A stretch of DNA of 63,013 nt, counting the filler, from Octopus bimaculoides (lineage: Eukaryota): NCBI RefSeq assembly GCF_001194135.2. It is 5 parts of 5 records of this genome, joined end to end, with 100 filler letters (N's around TTAATTAATTAA, not from the genome) between each part and the next. Parts side by side here need not be neighbours in the genome. Positions count along the whole stretch, not along the records: positions 1 to 17,290 come from NC_069000.1; 4 more parts are not named here. The stretch is one strand, 5' to 3'. Shown here one piece after another: positions 1 through 11,869 of this stretch (position 1 is the stretch's first letter; each line of letters begins with the position of its first letter). The notes below the pieces were generated by a model. That model saw only the letters and a program-made list of their open reading frames with translations, did no database searches and had not been told where the DNA came from. Both the position numbers and the translations under genes were made by a program.

Positions 1-62
1 ATATATATATATATATATATACATAATATAAATACACACACATGCATACGCACACACACACA

Positions 63-168
63 TGAGGGGGTGCTGAAAAGTTCCTGGTTTTAGAGGTATT
101 CTTAGAGGCCTTGCTGGAGGACAACCTTCTGAGTTCTTTTACAGGGCTTAGAAAAACTGAAGGGCCAT
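63..168 (+). mobile_element. Mariner-derived non-autonomous element, 5' fragment
   Basis: Starts GAGGGGGTGCTGAAAAGTTCCTGG (mariner-type TIR) right after a (CA)n run. It continues TTTTACAGGGCTTAGAAAAACTGAAG, resembling the mariner transposase C-terminal FYxGxEKL segment. No matching right TIR seen. Confidence 0.55.
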
Positions 169-930
169 ATGATACAGCTTTTTCCTTCAATAGCCATAAA
201 TGCCTTACTAACATTGTAACACTACATTATTTTGGGATCATAAAAGATGACCTATGGTTGTTTAACCTGGCCTTGAAAGTGACTTCTGTGGCTTTAAAAT
301 ATCTCTGTACCCATGTTGGCGTCAGTATTGTTTTCTTAGCATCTCTATCTTATACACAACAGCCTCTGCATAATATTGTTTATTTAGTGCATCTCATGGT
401 TAATGCTATTATGAGCCCAAGGAGCAGCACTCCAGTAGCTGTAGGTAATACTGTTTATTAGCAGCCATTTTTATGTCTTGTTACCTCCCTTATATAACTT
501 CTTTTATCTTGTCTGAAAAGCGTAAAGACCACCACAGTTTTTAAGACCACATATATTTGAATTAATTTAACACTGAATGGGAGTAGGGAGCTTATAAAAT
601 TTTGGCTTGGTTATGAAATTTAAGAGGTTTGCTTTGAAGATTTTTAGTTTTTGATCTTGGATGGGAACCTTTTAGGCTTAATTAGGAAATGCTCATAATC
701 TGGAACTGGTTGTACATGGTTATGGAAGAAGGCCTTCCATATTATATTGTTGATGAGATAGATGATCATCTCCAGTAACTTCAAAGTGTAATGTTGATGA
801 GGAGGCGTTGCTATATTTTTGTATATATTTCTTCTTGGTTTTTTAGCATATTGTAAAAAATCCAAAGACTCTCTGACTTGTTGAATGAATATTTTCTTTT
901 GAGCTTCCAGTACAAGCAAACCAAGCCAAA
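169..930 (-). mobile_element. Penelope-like retroelement relic with the RT internally deleted
   Basis: Minus strand gives a PLE N-terminal region (NIATPPHQHYTLKLLEMIIYLINNIIWKAFF...KIKN, then SDKI.KLYK...LLINSITYSY). It joins at ~425 to a GIY-YIG-like segment (EAVVYK...ATEVTFKARLNNHRSSF...RHLWLLKEK). Stops and frameshifts present; RT motifs absent. Confidence 0.65.
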
Positions 931-1561
931 CATTTTCAAATGATGAGTATTTAATTACTCTTTCCTTGTGTGAAAGATTAATTGTTTAAGAAATTGTCGA
1001 ATAACTTTTGGCTGTATGTAGAGCTACATTTATAACAATGTATAACAGAGGACCAACTCAAAACAACACTGAAAGCCACTGGACTTGAGCCTAAATCATT
1101 TGAAACATAAGCCTGAGACTGTACCAAGTAGCAGTGTTCCATCACCATCAGAGCCAAAATCTCAGAAGCCACCAGAAAAAGAAGAAATCAAATGACAGGA
1201 GAGAAAGGTTTGACAAAATAAACCTTGTCCTCTGCCAACAGTACCATGCAGTCAATGCCATTGACTCTTCTATGCAAGAATTGGTCTACTTAGTTATCAA
1301 TGACATCACCATAAAGGAAGTGTCCAGCAAAGAAACCAAATTCTCAGATATGAGATAAAGCCAACGGCGATGATGAATATTGCCACTCTGTTAGCTTATG
1401 TAAATTTCAGGCCTATATCTTCTGGAGGAGTTACCTCAGTCCTATATATATTAACCAAAATGAAGTAGATTGATAAGTTTTTATTTTGAACCTGTGGAAG
1501 ACACAACAGAATTTGTCAAAATATTGTTCACTTGATAACAATGGCACTCTTCTATTTTTGC

Positions 1562-1611
<50 letters not shown>
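1562..1611. repeat. (ATT)n microsatellite
   Basis: Perfect TAT/ATT run. Confidence 0.95.
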
Positions 1612-1615
<4 letters not shown>

Positions 1616-3216
1616 TTAAAACAATTTGATTTGGCCTCATGCAGCTAAAGTTAAATGCACACATAGCTGTAATTGGATTGATCAAAGTAGATGACTACCA
1701 TATGTAGGACTCAATACAAATTATGAGTGAAAACTTTAATAATGTCTTTGTACGAAAGTCTGCACTTTGATACATTGCTTTGCTATCCAATGGTCTTGTG
1801 TTTGATCTGTTGCATGACATCCTGGACAAGTATCTTCTATAGCTTCAGGTTGACCAATGCTTTGTGACTGAAATTTGGTGAATGGAAACTACATGGAGGC
1901 CTGTCATATAGACACACATATGCCCACACATATATGTGTGTATACACACGTGTATTTATGAGTGTTGCCTTCCAAATGTCCTCTCATTGAGACTGCTTGA
2001 GCAGTGGCATGTTTGTTTATATCACACATAAAGAATACAGATGGTTGCAATCTCCATGATAGTAACTTCTGTTAATATTCCAGACTTGACAATACATTTT
2101 GAATATGTAATTTACATTATACAACAAACAGTCATTCTTTGTTAATAAAAAATATGTAAGATTGTAACTAAATGATCTATAATTAATCTCTTGTACTTTG
2201 TTTTGTTTTCTACATGTACTCTGTGATATACCTATATTTTGAATTCGTACTAAATGATACGAGGACAATAACATGAGCACAGTACATATGAAATTCAATA
2301 TACTGGTTATTCACCATGTAATTTAAATTCTAATTCACACTATACATACACTCACACACACACACGTAAATATGTATATATATGTATATATACATATACA
2401 CATATACACATATACATATATATATTATGCATAAGGTCAGGAGGTATGAGATGTGAATATAAATTTATTTAACCATGTAACTTCGATAAGATTATGTGAA
2501 CTGATAACCGAGTCCATAGGAGGGGCTTACTGTGATAGCTGCATGATTATCTGAATTCATATCTTATAATTCTCTTTGACTCTTTCTTGTTGACTCCAAC
2601 TTAGTCAATTATATATATATGTATGTATGTATGTACCATATCATATTTTACGACCATTTTTGTTGCATTTCCTCTCAGTCTATCAAACTATCTTCGAATT
2701 ACGATAAACAAAACAAACGAAAATAACTAAAATGAGTCAATGGAACAAACTTCAATAAATAAGTTATGGAGTGATGTACTGAACGCCATATTTAAAACAT
2801 TCTTAATTAAATGAATTTTGCCACTTAGGTGGAAAACGAAAACAAAATTATTAATTTTTCATTACTTAAAAGTAAGTATTAATAATTTTCTTCTTCTAAT
2901 ATACTCTTTCTTTAACAAAATGAGAAATTTCATTCAATTATGATTTTTTTGTTACGTACAGTGTTGAGTACATCAGGTTTTAATTTTTCTATTGAATTTC
3001 AATCATTGGTTCATTTGAGTTGTTTTCATTAGCTCATTTTATTTTTCTTCTTTTGTCCTTTTCTTGTTCAGTGATTGGATTGCAGCCATGCTGGGGGAAC
3101 TGCTTTGAAAGGTTTTTGTACAACAAATTGACACCAGTACTATTTTTACTTTTTTAAAGACTATTATATATATATATATATATATATATATNNNNNNNNN
3201 NNNNNNNNNNNNNNNN

Positions 3217-4364
3217 AACATCATAATTTTGAAATATCTATAAAACTGTCAAAAGCTTGTTTATTTTGATGTTTTTTAATTTATTATTAGTGTTGCTTAA
3301 TATGTTTTTGCTAAAATTGCTGTTTCTTTTCAGATATCATCAGAAAAAGGTAACTAAAATTCATTAAAATGACAGATCTATTGGACTTTCAAAGAGGTCA
3401 AATTATTGGTGTCTGTATGGCAGGCGCTAGCGTAACGAAAACAGCTGAAATGTTTGGTGTATCGAGAAGTACTGTCTCAAAAGTAATGACAGCCTTTGAG
3501 AAAGAGGGAAAAACCTCCTCGTCAAAACAAAACTCCGGAAGAAAACCAAAACTTTCAGATAGGGACCGTCGGACTCTTATGCAGATTGTTAGAAAGGATC
3601 ACAAAAGTACAGCTCCCAAAGTTACTGCAGAGCTTAACGACTACTTGAGAACCCAGTTTCTGCAAAAACTGTTTACCAGAAGCTGCACAAAGCCAGATTT
3701 CTCGGGAAGGCTGTAATCAGAAAAGCACTGCTTTCAAAAACAAATGTTGCAAAGCATTTAGAGTGGAGTAAAATCCTACAGAATTGGTTCCTAGAGCAGT
3801 GGAAGAATGTATATGTGTGGAGACAGCCAGAAGAATCATTTGACCCAGACTGCCTTCTTTCAACTGTTAAACATCAAGGAGGATCTGTGATGATCTGCAG
3901 GGCTATATTTTGAAAATCTGCTGGCCCAATGGATTCTTCATGGCAGAATTAATTGTCAAGACTATTTGAGCATTTTATCTGATCAAATTCATCCTATAGT
4001 TGCTGATAATGCACCAATTCACACAGCAAAAGTTGTTATTGAATGGCATGAGGAACATTCTAGTGAAGTTGAACATCTTATCTGGCCACCACAGTCCCCA
4101 GATCTCAATATCATTGAACATTTATGGTGCATTTTAGAAAAAAACAAGTAAGGAGTTGATATCCTCCACCATTATCCCTATCAGAAGTGGAGACTGTTTT
4201 AGCTGAAGAATGGACAAAAATTCCTTTGGAAACAATTCAAACTTTGTACGAGTTCATATCTCGTACAATTCAAGCTGTAATTACTGCCAAAGGCAGTCCT
4301 ACCCCATATTAAAATAAATTTGTTTGAAATTTTTAGGTGTTTCCATTATTTTGTCCAACCCCTG
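3217..4364 (+). mobile_element. Tc1-family DNA transposon, defective; left TIR lost in N-gap
   Basis: Right end reverse-complements to CAGGGGTTGGACAAAATAATGGAAACACC and is followed by TA (4365-4366). Internal sequence encodes a Tc1 transposase. Confidence 0.92.
3369..4310 (+). pseudogene. Tc1 DD34E transposase pseudogene
   Basis: Paired-like HTH (MTDLLDFQRGQIIG...GVSRSTVSK...GRKPKLSDRDRR), TVKHxGGSVM, DNAPIH and WPPQSPDLNIIEHLW. Frameshifted; the first-Asp (SDES) segment is deleted near 3810. Confidence 0.9.
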
Positions 4365-4429
4365 TACATATATATATCTATATATATATTCTATTGTTCT
4401 TTTCTGCTGATCTACTAAGTTGCAGAGAC

Positions 4430-4511
4430 ATAAACAAACCAGCACCAGTTATAACGTGGTGGCAAGGTATATATATGCAACAAACACAATAACAAAGACA
4501 CACTTGTGCAT

Positions 4512-4593
<82 letters not shown>

Positions 4594-4752
4594 ACACATC
4601 ATAGACTTCCATACAGTTTCCTCTACCAAGTTCACTGACATAGCGTTGTTCAGCCTGGAACTAAAGTGGAAGGCACTTGCCCAGGGTGCCACACTGTAGG
4701 ACTGAACCTGAAACTATGTAGTTGCAAAGAAAGCTTCTCAAGCACACAGCCT
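4430..4752 (-). mobile_element. Decayed tRNA-SINE family B copy with internal (CA)n
   Basis: 4600-4752 matches the reverse complement of the family-B head at 22287 with CpG decay; (CA)n at 4513-4598. Confidence 0.6.
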
Positions 4753-4921
4753 GCAAATTGCATTGGCAAAAATTAGTTAAAACTTCTTTTCTCTTTGTAA
4801 AAGTTTTTGTCAACTAATCGTCTTTACTGATGTGGTTTCATAGATGAAAGCATGTCCATAGTTTGCAAACAAAGGTCAGATTTCCCTTTAAGCACATAGA
4901 TTAACTTTGAGAGATTAATGC

Positions 4922-5138
4922 TTACCACTTTTGTTACCATATTTCTGTGTTACTTTCAATTAATTTTAAATATAACAAAGAATTTAGTAAAGTAACTTAG
5001 TCATCATTAAGCTAGTGTTAGGAACATAAATTGTGACTAAGGTTTGGTGGAAGATTTTAATTCAGAACTTTTGAAAACAAGACATTTGTATTACAGAGCC
5101 AGAGGTAGTTTCAGCTGGGTTGGTATCAAAAGGGTTAA
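4922..5138. mobile_element. piggyBac-type (TTAA) MITE
   Basis: Left TTACCACTTTTGTTACCA versus reverse-complemented right end TTAACCCTTTTGATACCA; the right end finishes AAAGGG-TTAA. Confidence 0.6.
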
Positions 5139-5153
5139 TGTCTAGAAATTATA

Positions 5154-5352
5154 AGGTAGTAAACTGGCTGAATCTTTAGCAGGGTGGACAAAATGCCTAG
5201 CAGCATTTTGTTTATCTTTACATTCTGAGTTCAAATTCAATCAAGGGCGACTCTGCCTCTCATCCTTTTGGGGTTGATAAGATAAGTAACAGTTGAACAC
5301 TTGGGTCGATATCATCAACTTACCCCTTGTGCCAAAATTTGAAGCCAATTAT
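5154..5352 (+). mobile_element. tRNA-SINE family A, CpG-decayed copy
   Basis: Aligns by eye to the intact copy at 59135-59336 (CTGAGTTCAAATT...GACT.TGCCT.TCATCCTTT.GGG), with CpGs converted to TG/CA. Confidence 0.8.
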
Positions 5353-5817
5353 CTCCCCTTTTCTTTTAGAGCTGCCGACAATTGCCACAAGGGTTTGTTT
5401 TCTTTCTCCAACTAACTGGAAAATTATTTCAATTAAGAATATTTTTATTTACAGCATTCAATACCTCAACCCTTAACTAATTTCTACAAATTATTGGTTT
5501 CTCTAATTAATATTCATTAACTAACTTTTTTTAAATAATTTTTCCTCCTTTATTTATTTTGTTTTAATTCTCTCAGAGCACTTGATTCTCTTTCAGTTAT
5601 TCTCCTTCATCCTCTCCCACCTCCTTCATCCTCGTTCATTACCTATTCTCTTCCTTTTGTCTCCTTCTTTCTTTCACTTCTTCCTGCCTGGTTTTTCTCC
5701 TCCTTTTTCTATGCCTTTCTGTCCTCAGTTTTCCTGTCTGCAAGTATTTTTTTTTAATACCTTTCCTCTCTACCTACCCCTCTTTCCTATCTACATCTAT
5801 GTCAACATTGCTTCCAT

Positions 5818-6100
5818 CTTTTCTTCTTCTTCTTCTTCTTTTTCTTTTTCTTCTTCTTCTTCTTCTTCTTTTTCTTCTTCTTCTTCTTCTTCTTCTTCTT
5901 CTTCTTCTTCTTCTTCTTCTTCTTCTTCTTCTTCTTCTTCTTTGTCTTTTCCTTCTTTCCCATCTCTGTCTTTATTTTCTCACACTCTTTTTTCTCTCTC
6001 CCTCTCTGTCTTCCCCTCCCCTCCTACTCTTCCTACTCTCCCCTCCTCTCCCCTCCTCTCCCCTCCTCTCCCCTCCTCTCCCTGCTCCTTCTCCTCCTCC
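5818..6100. repeat. (CTT)n and (CCTCT)n polypyrimidine tract
   Basis: About 40 CTT units followed by CTCCCCTCCT-type repeats. Confidence 0.95.
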
Positions 6101-6332
6101 TTCTCCACACCCACATTACAACACCCAGGCTCCCCCTATCAGGATAATCACCCCACCCCCACCTCACTGCCACAACAGACAACATGGACACTTGTCTTCT
6201 CATTCAGTGTTCCTTAATTTACTGTCTGAAAGATGAGCGAATGGGGTGACTGGGTGAGTGAGTGGTGGACATGTAGCTAGAGAGAGAAGAGTACAGTCAA
6301 CATTAAAAAACACACACACTGAGTTTGAACTT

Positions 6333-6371
<39 letters not shown>

Positions 6372-7048
6372 GTGCGTGTCTGCGTGCAGTGCACATGTGT
6401 TTGTATTTTACGAATTAGATTTTTATTGTACTTTCCGCAAATGTATTGAAATTCTGTTTGGGGAATTAATCCCTGTAATCAAACTCTGGACTTTGTTGAA
6501 ATTAAATAAATAAGGTAGTAACAACAACAACAACAACAATAATAATAATGATAATAATTCTGATGATGATGGCAATGGTGATGAAGATGATGATGATGTT
6601 GATGGCAATGATGATGTTTGTTAATAACTTGGAGGAAAGAGATAATAATATAATAATAAAAAATATATAAATATATTTTTAAAATAAAAGAAGTAAAGTG
6701 CAAAATAGAAGAGAAATAAAGAAAAAAAGAAGAGATTTTAATTTAGTCAATTAAATGAGTCAGCAATATTAAATCAATGCTAGAATGCTGGAATTGTGGA
6801 ATTGGCAAAAGAATTAAAATTCTAGTCTAAATATCTTGTCATTTGTAGTCCTTTAAATTTTGTGAGTTTGAATTTAGTAAAGCAGGGTTTGATTTTTGTA
6901 CTTTGTCCTTTGTCCCATAATGTAGATTTAGTGGAGGCACCAGTTATTCAGGGGTTCACAATTGGGGTTCACGTAAGATTTTGTTAAAAATCTTCCCCAA
7001 CTCATGCCAGCATGGAAAAACAGACTTAAAATACTGCTGATAATAACT

Positions 7049-7260
7049 GATTTCAAATTTTAGGACAATGCCAGCAATTTTGGGAGGAAGTGGTAAGTTG
7101 ATTTCATGGACCCAGTACTCAACTGGTATTTATTTTATTGACCCTGAAAGGACAAAAGGCAAAGTTGACTCTAGTGGAATTTGAACTCAGATTGTAAAGA
7201 TGCATGAAATGCTGCTAAGCATTTGCCTGGCATGCTGACAATTCCACCAGCTCACTACTT
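7049..7260 (-). mobile_element. tRNA-SINE family A, CpG-decayed copy
   Basis: Contains GAAAGGACAAAAGGCAAAGTTGAC...GAATTTGAACTCAG...CCAGCTCAC, the reverse complement of the family-A body. Confidence 0.8.
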
Positions 7261-7702
7261 TGGTACTGCTGATGATAACTACCAGCTAATTTCATGATTG
7301 CTACTTTTGTCATCTGATTAGTTTTGATTGGTTGTCATTCATTGACATACACTTCATGTATCATTTTGAATTCTCACAAATATACCATATGTATAGCACT
7401 TTCCAACAAATATAACCAGAGTGTAACTAAAACACTTTACTGTTAGTATCTCTTATTCTTTTGTTTTAGAATATCTTGGCATCCAGCCATGATTGTTCAA
7501 TCATTTCCATGTTTGCTTCTGTCACTGGATTCACATAATTTTCTTAATGGTCCACTGTTAAACGCAGATAACCAATGGCATTTAGATTCCCATACACAGG
7601 TCATTCAACCAAATGAGTCACTGAACTAGTCTCTCAATCATGCTGAATGATGGAGAATATAATGTTTCTGAGAGGTAATATTTGTTCTCACTTAAACAGG
7701 GT

Positions 7703-8019
7703 TGTTCTGTTAGAATAAACTGTACTATGATAGATACCATGAGAGAGACTCCCATACTAGCTTTTCATCCAAAATGCACACTAGACTATATTGCTAGTGG
7801 GAAGGTAAACCTCTGCCATCTCCAGCACTGAGATCACCAGATCACATGATTTCAAACTTCTTTGGTTTTGTCAATGATGGACACTTGACCACTAAAGATA
7901 GCAGGATCCATTTATCTCCCCCTGCTAGAGATATAAACAAGAGTGCATTTTGCACCAAAAGCCGATGTGAGAGTTTCTCTCATTGCATCTACTGTAGTAT
8001 AGTTTGTTCTAACAGAACA
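7703..8019. mobile_element. Long-TIR foldback MITE (TGTT...AACA termini)
   Basis: About 80-bp imperfect TIRs (TGTTCTGTTAGAATAAACTGTACTATGATAGATACCATGAGAGA... / ...TCTCTCATTGCATCTACTGTAGTATAGTTTGTTCTAACAGAACA). No TSD found. Confidence 0.7.
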
Positions 8020-8254
8020 TCCACATCTAAGTGGGGATAAATATTACCTCTTAGTATTGATGCTATCTCTGTTGCTAATGTATATATTTTGAACAGGCTC
8101 ACTGGCTAATTCTAACACCAGTGCCTGTTTTGACACTGTTGTAGGGAAGTGGTTATACACCATTAGGTGTATTCCGCTTCCGTACATTAAATTTCTTGAA
8201 GAAACAATGGAACGCAGATTCTGAACTATCAACACAACAATATTTATTACAATA

Positions 8255-8530
8255 GAATTCGGCAGCACTTCGCCCTTTGGTTACTGAGACGCCGTCAATG
8301 AAGTTGCGTGGTTATTTGTGTAGCTCCAGAGTTGGAATGTTGGAGAGAGGCTGCTACGACGTCTAGGCTCTTCGTCGGCCAGCGAGAAAGAGGATGAAAG
8401 TCCGCGCGAAGCTTGGATATCGATGACTACGCATGCGCATGAGACTCTTCCTGTATTCCTACCGGAACCAGTCCCTGCGCATGCGTGGATAGAAACTCCG
8501 AAAATGTTGTCTGCTATAAAGGCGTCACTA
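8255..8530. promoter_or_regulatory. CpG-rich island, candidate promoter with two NRF1-like motifs
   Basis: Dense CpGs within CpG-depleted flanks. ACGCATGCGCA (8429-8439) and TGCGCATGCGT (8476-8486) form an 11-bp inverted pair; ETS-like ACCGGAA lies between them and CTATAAAG at ~8514. Confidence 0.45.
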
Positions 8531-8532
8531 CA

Positions 8533-8753
8533 CTGTTAATCTAGATATCACTGGCAAGGAGATGAATCACTGCTGTCTCTAGCAGTTGAGTGTTCATCAT
8601 TGACAAGACCAAACAAGGTCAGAATCATGTGATCTTGTGGTCTCAGTACTGGAGGTGGCAAGGATTTATCTCCTTGCTGGTGTGTATTTTGCATCAAAAG
8701 CCAGTATCAGAGTTTCTCTCATGGTATCTACTGCAGTATAGGTTGTTCTAACA
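8533..8753. mobile_element. Second, inverted, partly truncated copy of the 7703-8019 MITE
   Basis: 8545-8670 is the reverse complement of 7805-7925; 8680-8753 carries the TIR ending TTGTTCTAACA. Confidence 0.7.
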
Positions 8754-9062
8754 TTGCTTTGATGTAAAAATGCAGCTATGGTTTCTTCTATCAATATAAT
8801 ATTTGTGAAGAAATCTTTTAACAACATGTTATGACTGATATCCTTTACTTGGAATTTAGGGGTATATTAATTTTAGTAATATATATCATGGGATTTCTTC
8901 CACACTTCCATCTGAGTAAACTGTAGGTGAAAATAGATGCAAGTACATTTCATAAATTCCCTACTTTCATTTGGTTGTACTTTTAATTTACTTTACTCAT
9001 GTTTTACATTCACTTTAATTTTATACTACGGAGGTAGATTGAATGCTGTAGTAGCACCAATT

Positions 9063-9154
9063 TACTTGGAAATTCCGGATTTTATCCCCCACAGTGTTGG
9101 TGCTGGGGTACTTGGAAATTCCGGATTTTATCCCCCACAGTGTTGGTGCTGGGG
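9063..9154. repeat. Perfect 46-bp tandem duplication
   Basis: TACTTGGAAATTCCGGATTTTATCCCCCACAGTGTTGGTGCTGGGG occurs twice. Confidence 0.95.
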
Positions 9155-9411
9155 TACATAATTTACACCATTTGGTCAACGGTTTGGCACACTTTCAACT
9201 TATTGCCAATTCAATGGCAGTCTTTTGCCTCACCCTCTTAGCCGTTTTGATTTTGCACACATACTAAAGATGGTACTTCACTATGGCCTTAGTCAGGATG
9301 AGCAAAACAAGCTAAAGAACAAGAAGAGATAATAACATATGAATGCCCATCTCTCTCTCTCCCTCTCTTTCTCTCTCTCTCTCTATATATATACATATAT
9401 ATACATATATA

Positions 9412-9488
<77 letters not shown>

Positions 9489-10249
9489 GTATATATACAT
9501 ACATACACACACACATACAAACATCAGCCACAGATACATACTTGCAAATACACATAGAATTTATACAGAAACAGCTTTAAAAGCATACACACTTACACAC
9601 AAAAACCATTCAATGATTTGCAAACTCATATATATATGTATCCACAAAGATATACACTCAGAGATAAAACAACTACACTTTATGCATGCATATATAGATA
9701 CATGCATATATACATATAGATACATACATTTATGCATATACACAAAGACATCAAGTAATAATATACAGTTAATCACACACAAGCACACATCTGCACATCA
9801 AATCTTCTCTAACAATATTCCAAGAAGCTACATAAATAAATGCAAAACATGTCATTATTAGCATTAGTAAAATTTACTTCAATCAAATTTTTTTGTTGTC
9901 TCTAGCCCTGTCTCCATTTCTGTTTTTTTCCCCCTCTTCTCAACATCTCAAATCACTTGCTATTGTTCAGTCGACATCGGCTGCCATGTTTTATTTTGTT
10001 TCCTTTTCTCTGCTTGAATACATTTGTCAAAGATAAAGCTGGAGAAAATGAAAGAAAAAGAAAGAAAAATGGAAGAAAGGCCTTTTGCTTATCAGGCTTT
10101 CCTGTTAACTTGAAATAATCCCATCTAATATGATATTATTACAATTTTACTTCGTCCATGAAAGACTAGTAATTTCGTTAATTAATGAAATATAAATATG
10201 TGTGTAATACAAATGATTTTATTTCCTATGTGTATGCATGCGTATTAGA

Positions 10250-10287
10250 GTGTGTGTGTGTGCATGTGTGTGTGTGTGTGTGCGCGC

Positions 10288-10338
<51 letters not shown>
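10250..10338. repeat. (TG)n-(CG)10-(TG)n alternating purine/pyrimidine tract
   Basis: Ten CG units at 10283-10302 embedded in (TG)n. Confidence 0.95.
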
Positions 10339-10914
10339 NNNNNNNNNNNNNNNNNNNNNNNNNNNNNNNNNNNNNNNNNNNNNNNNNNNNNNNNNNNNNN
10401 NNNNNNNNNNNNNNNNNNNNNNNNNNNNNNNNNNNNNNNNNNNNNNNNNNNNNNNNNNNNNNNNNNNNNNNNNNNNNNNNNNNNNNNNNNNNNNNNNNNN
10501 NNNNNNNNNNNNNNNNNNNNNNNNNNNNNNNNNNNNNNNNNNNNNNNNNNNNNNNNNNNNNNNNNNNNNNNNNNNNNNNNNNNNNNNNNNNNNNNNNNNN
10601 NNNNNNNNNNNNNNNNNNNNNNNNNNNNNNNNNNNNNNNNNNNNNATATACATATATATATATGCATACACATATTTCTCACATTTATGTGATACATATA
10701 TACACAAAGATACACATATGCATACATACATAGGTATATGTATGTGTGCATGTGTATAAGATATATATATATTTCTGTGTGTATGTATGTGTATGCATGT
10801 GAGTGTATGTTTTGTTTCTTCATTTTAATTTTTTCTTGTGTTCTTCTTGTGTTATATATATTTTTTTATTTTTTTTTTAGAATTTTTTCTTTTTCAAATT
10901 ATTTCTTTCTGTCA

Positions 10915-10988
10915 TGATCATATCACCATCACTAGTGTACCATGACAATCTACATGATGAGGATGGTGATACATCATCATCCACCTCG

Positions 10989-11019
<31 letters not shown>

Positions 11020-11445
11020 TGTCATTGTCATATTGACGTTATCAGCATCCTTCAATAATAGAAAAAGTTTCATCAACATCTTGACCAAAACCATCCTTCT
11101 CCTCCTCCCATCATGATCATCATCACCATCATCAACAGTAGAAAGAAATGTCTCATCATTTTCATTGGCACCACCATCATCATCATCATTGTCATCAAGG
11201 CTGTCATCATTATCATCATCATCATCATTGTCGTTGTCATCAATCCTGTCATCATTGTTACCATCATCATCATCATCATTGTTATCATCACCATTATCAT
11301 CATCACCCTCATCATCATTGTCATCAGCACCATCGCTATCATCATCATCGTCATCATCATCGTCATTGTCATTACCACCATTATCATCATTATCATCATC
11401 GCTGCTGTCAGTGTTGTCATCATCATTGTTGTGGTCATTATCATC
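10915..11445. repeat. Compound (CAT)n/(CAC/CGT) trinucleotide array
   Basis: About 530 bp of degenerate ATC repeats; the source of the poly-D/H/I/S pseudo-ORFs. Confidence 0.95.
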
Positions 11446-11489
11446 TTTAGTGAATTGCATTCCATTTTCTTATCTCTTTTGTAACATAT

Positions 11490-11790
11490 TGTTATATCCT
11501 TACACCTCCAATATCGTAGTAGTACGGTTGATATTGTTGACGGTAGGTAAAGAATATACTGTAACAGTGTTATAACAATACAAAATAGAAACAGCAGCAG
11601 TAACAAACACGTAATGATCCAACAATCTTTTACGAACCATCATCCAAAATTTCCAACACACTAACTCGAACTGTAAACTGTACCTGGACTTCAAAGACCA
11701 AACTATGAACTGCTGACTATGTCAGACTGCCACTATTTATATGTAGTGGTCTTGTTTATTCTTGTCAGAGGATATTGTACTCTTGCCACA
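11490..11790 (-). repeat. 3' LTR
   Basis: Homologous to 15805-16361; TG...CA termini; preceded on minus by a PPT. Confidence 0.9.
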
Positions 11791-11807
11791 ATATCTCCCC
11801 TTTTGAG
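11791..11807 (-). promoter_or_regulatory. Polypurine tract
   Basis: Minus CTCAAAAGGGGAGATAT lies immediately before the 3' LTR TG. Confidence 0.85.
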
Positions 11808-11869
11808 ATTTCGAGTTCTGAAGGAATGAAGAAATTTTATTTAACATTATTATTTTTTTAGTATCATTT

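Noticed and set aside
601-930. 12-bp inverted repeat TTTGGCTTGGTT / AACCAAGCCAAA suggesting a MITE
   Set aside because: PLE coding similarity runs straight through 601, and there is no TSD; probably coincidental.
6208-6270. Acceptor/donor-flanked 46-nt segment encoding MSEWGDW (TSP1-like)
   Set aside because: Too short, lies in a decayed (GAGT)n-like context, and has no supporting neighbouring exons.
7470-7673. Plus-strand exon-like segment with good AG/GT sites
   Set aside because: All three frames contain stops and no motif was recognised; cannot be supported without RNA data.
10918-11606. Long poly-Asp/His/Ile/Ser/Met ORFs (also 5582-6236, 48424-48871, 57899-58292)
   Set aside because: Translations of trinucleotide microsatellites that are open in several frames.
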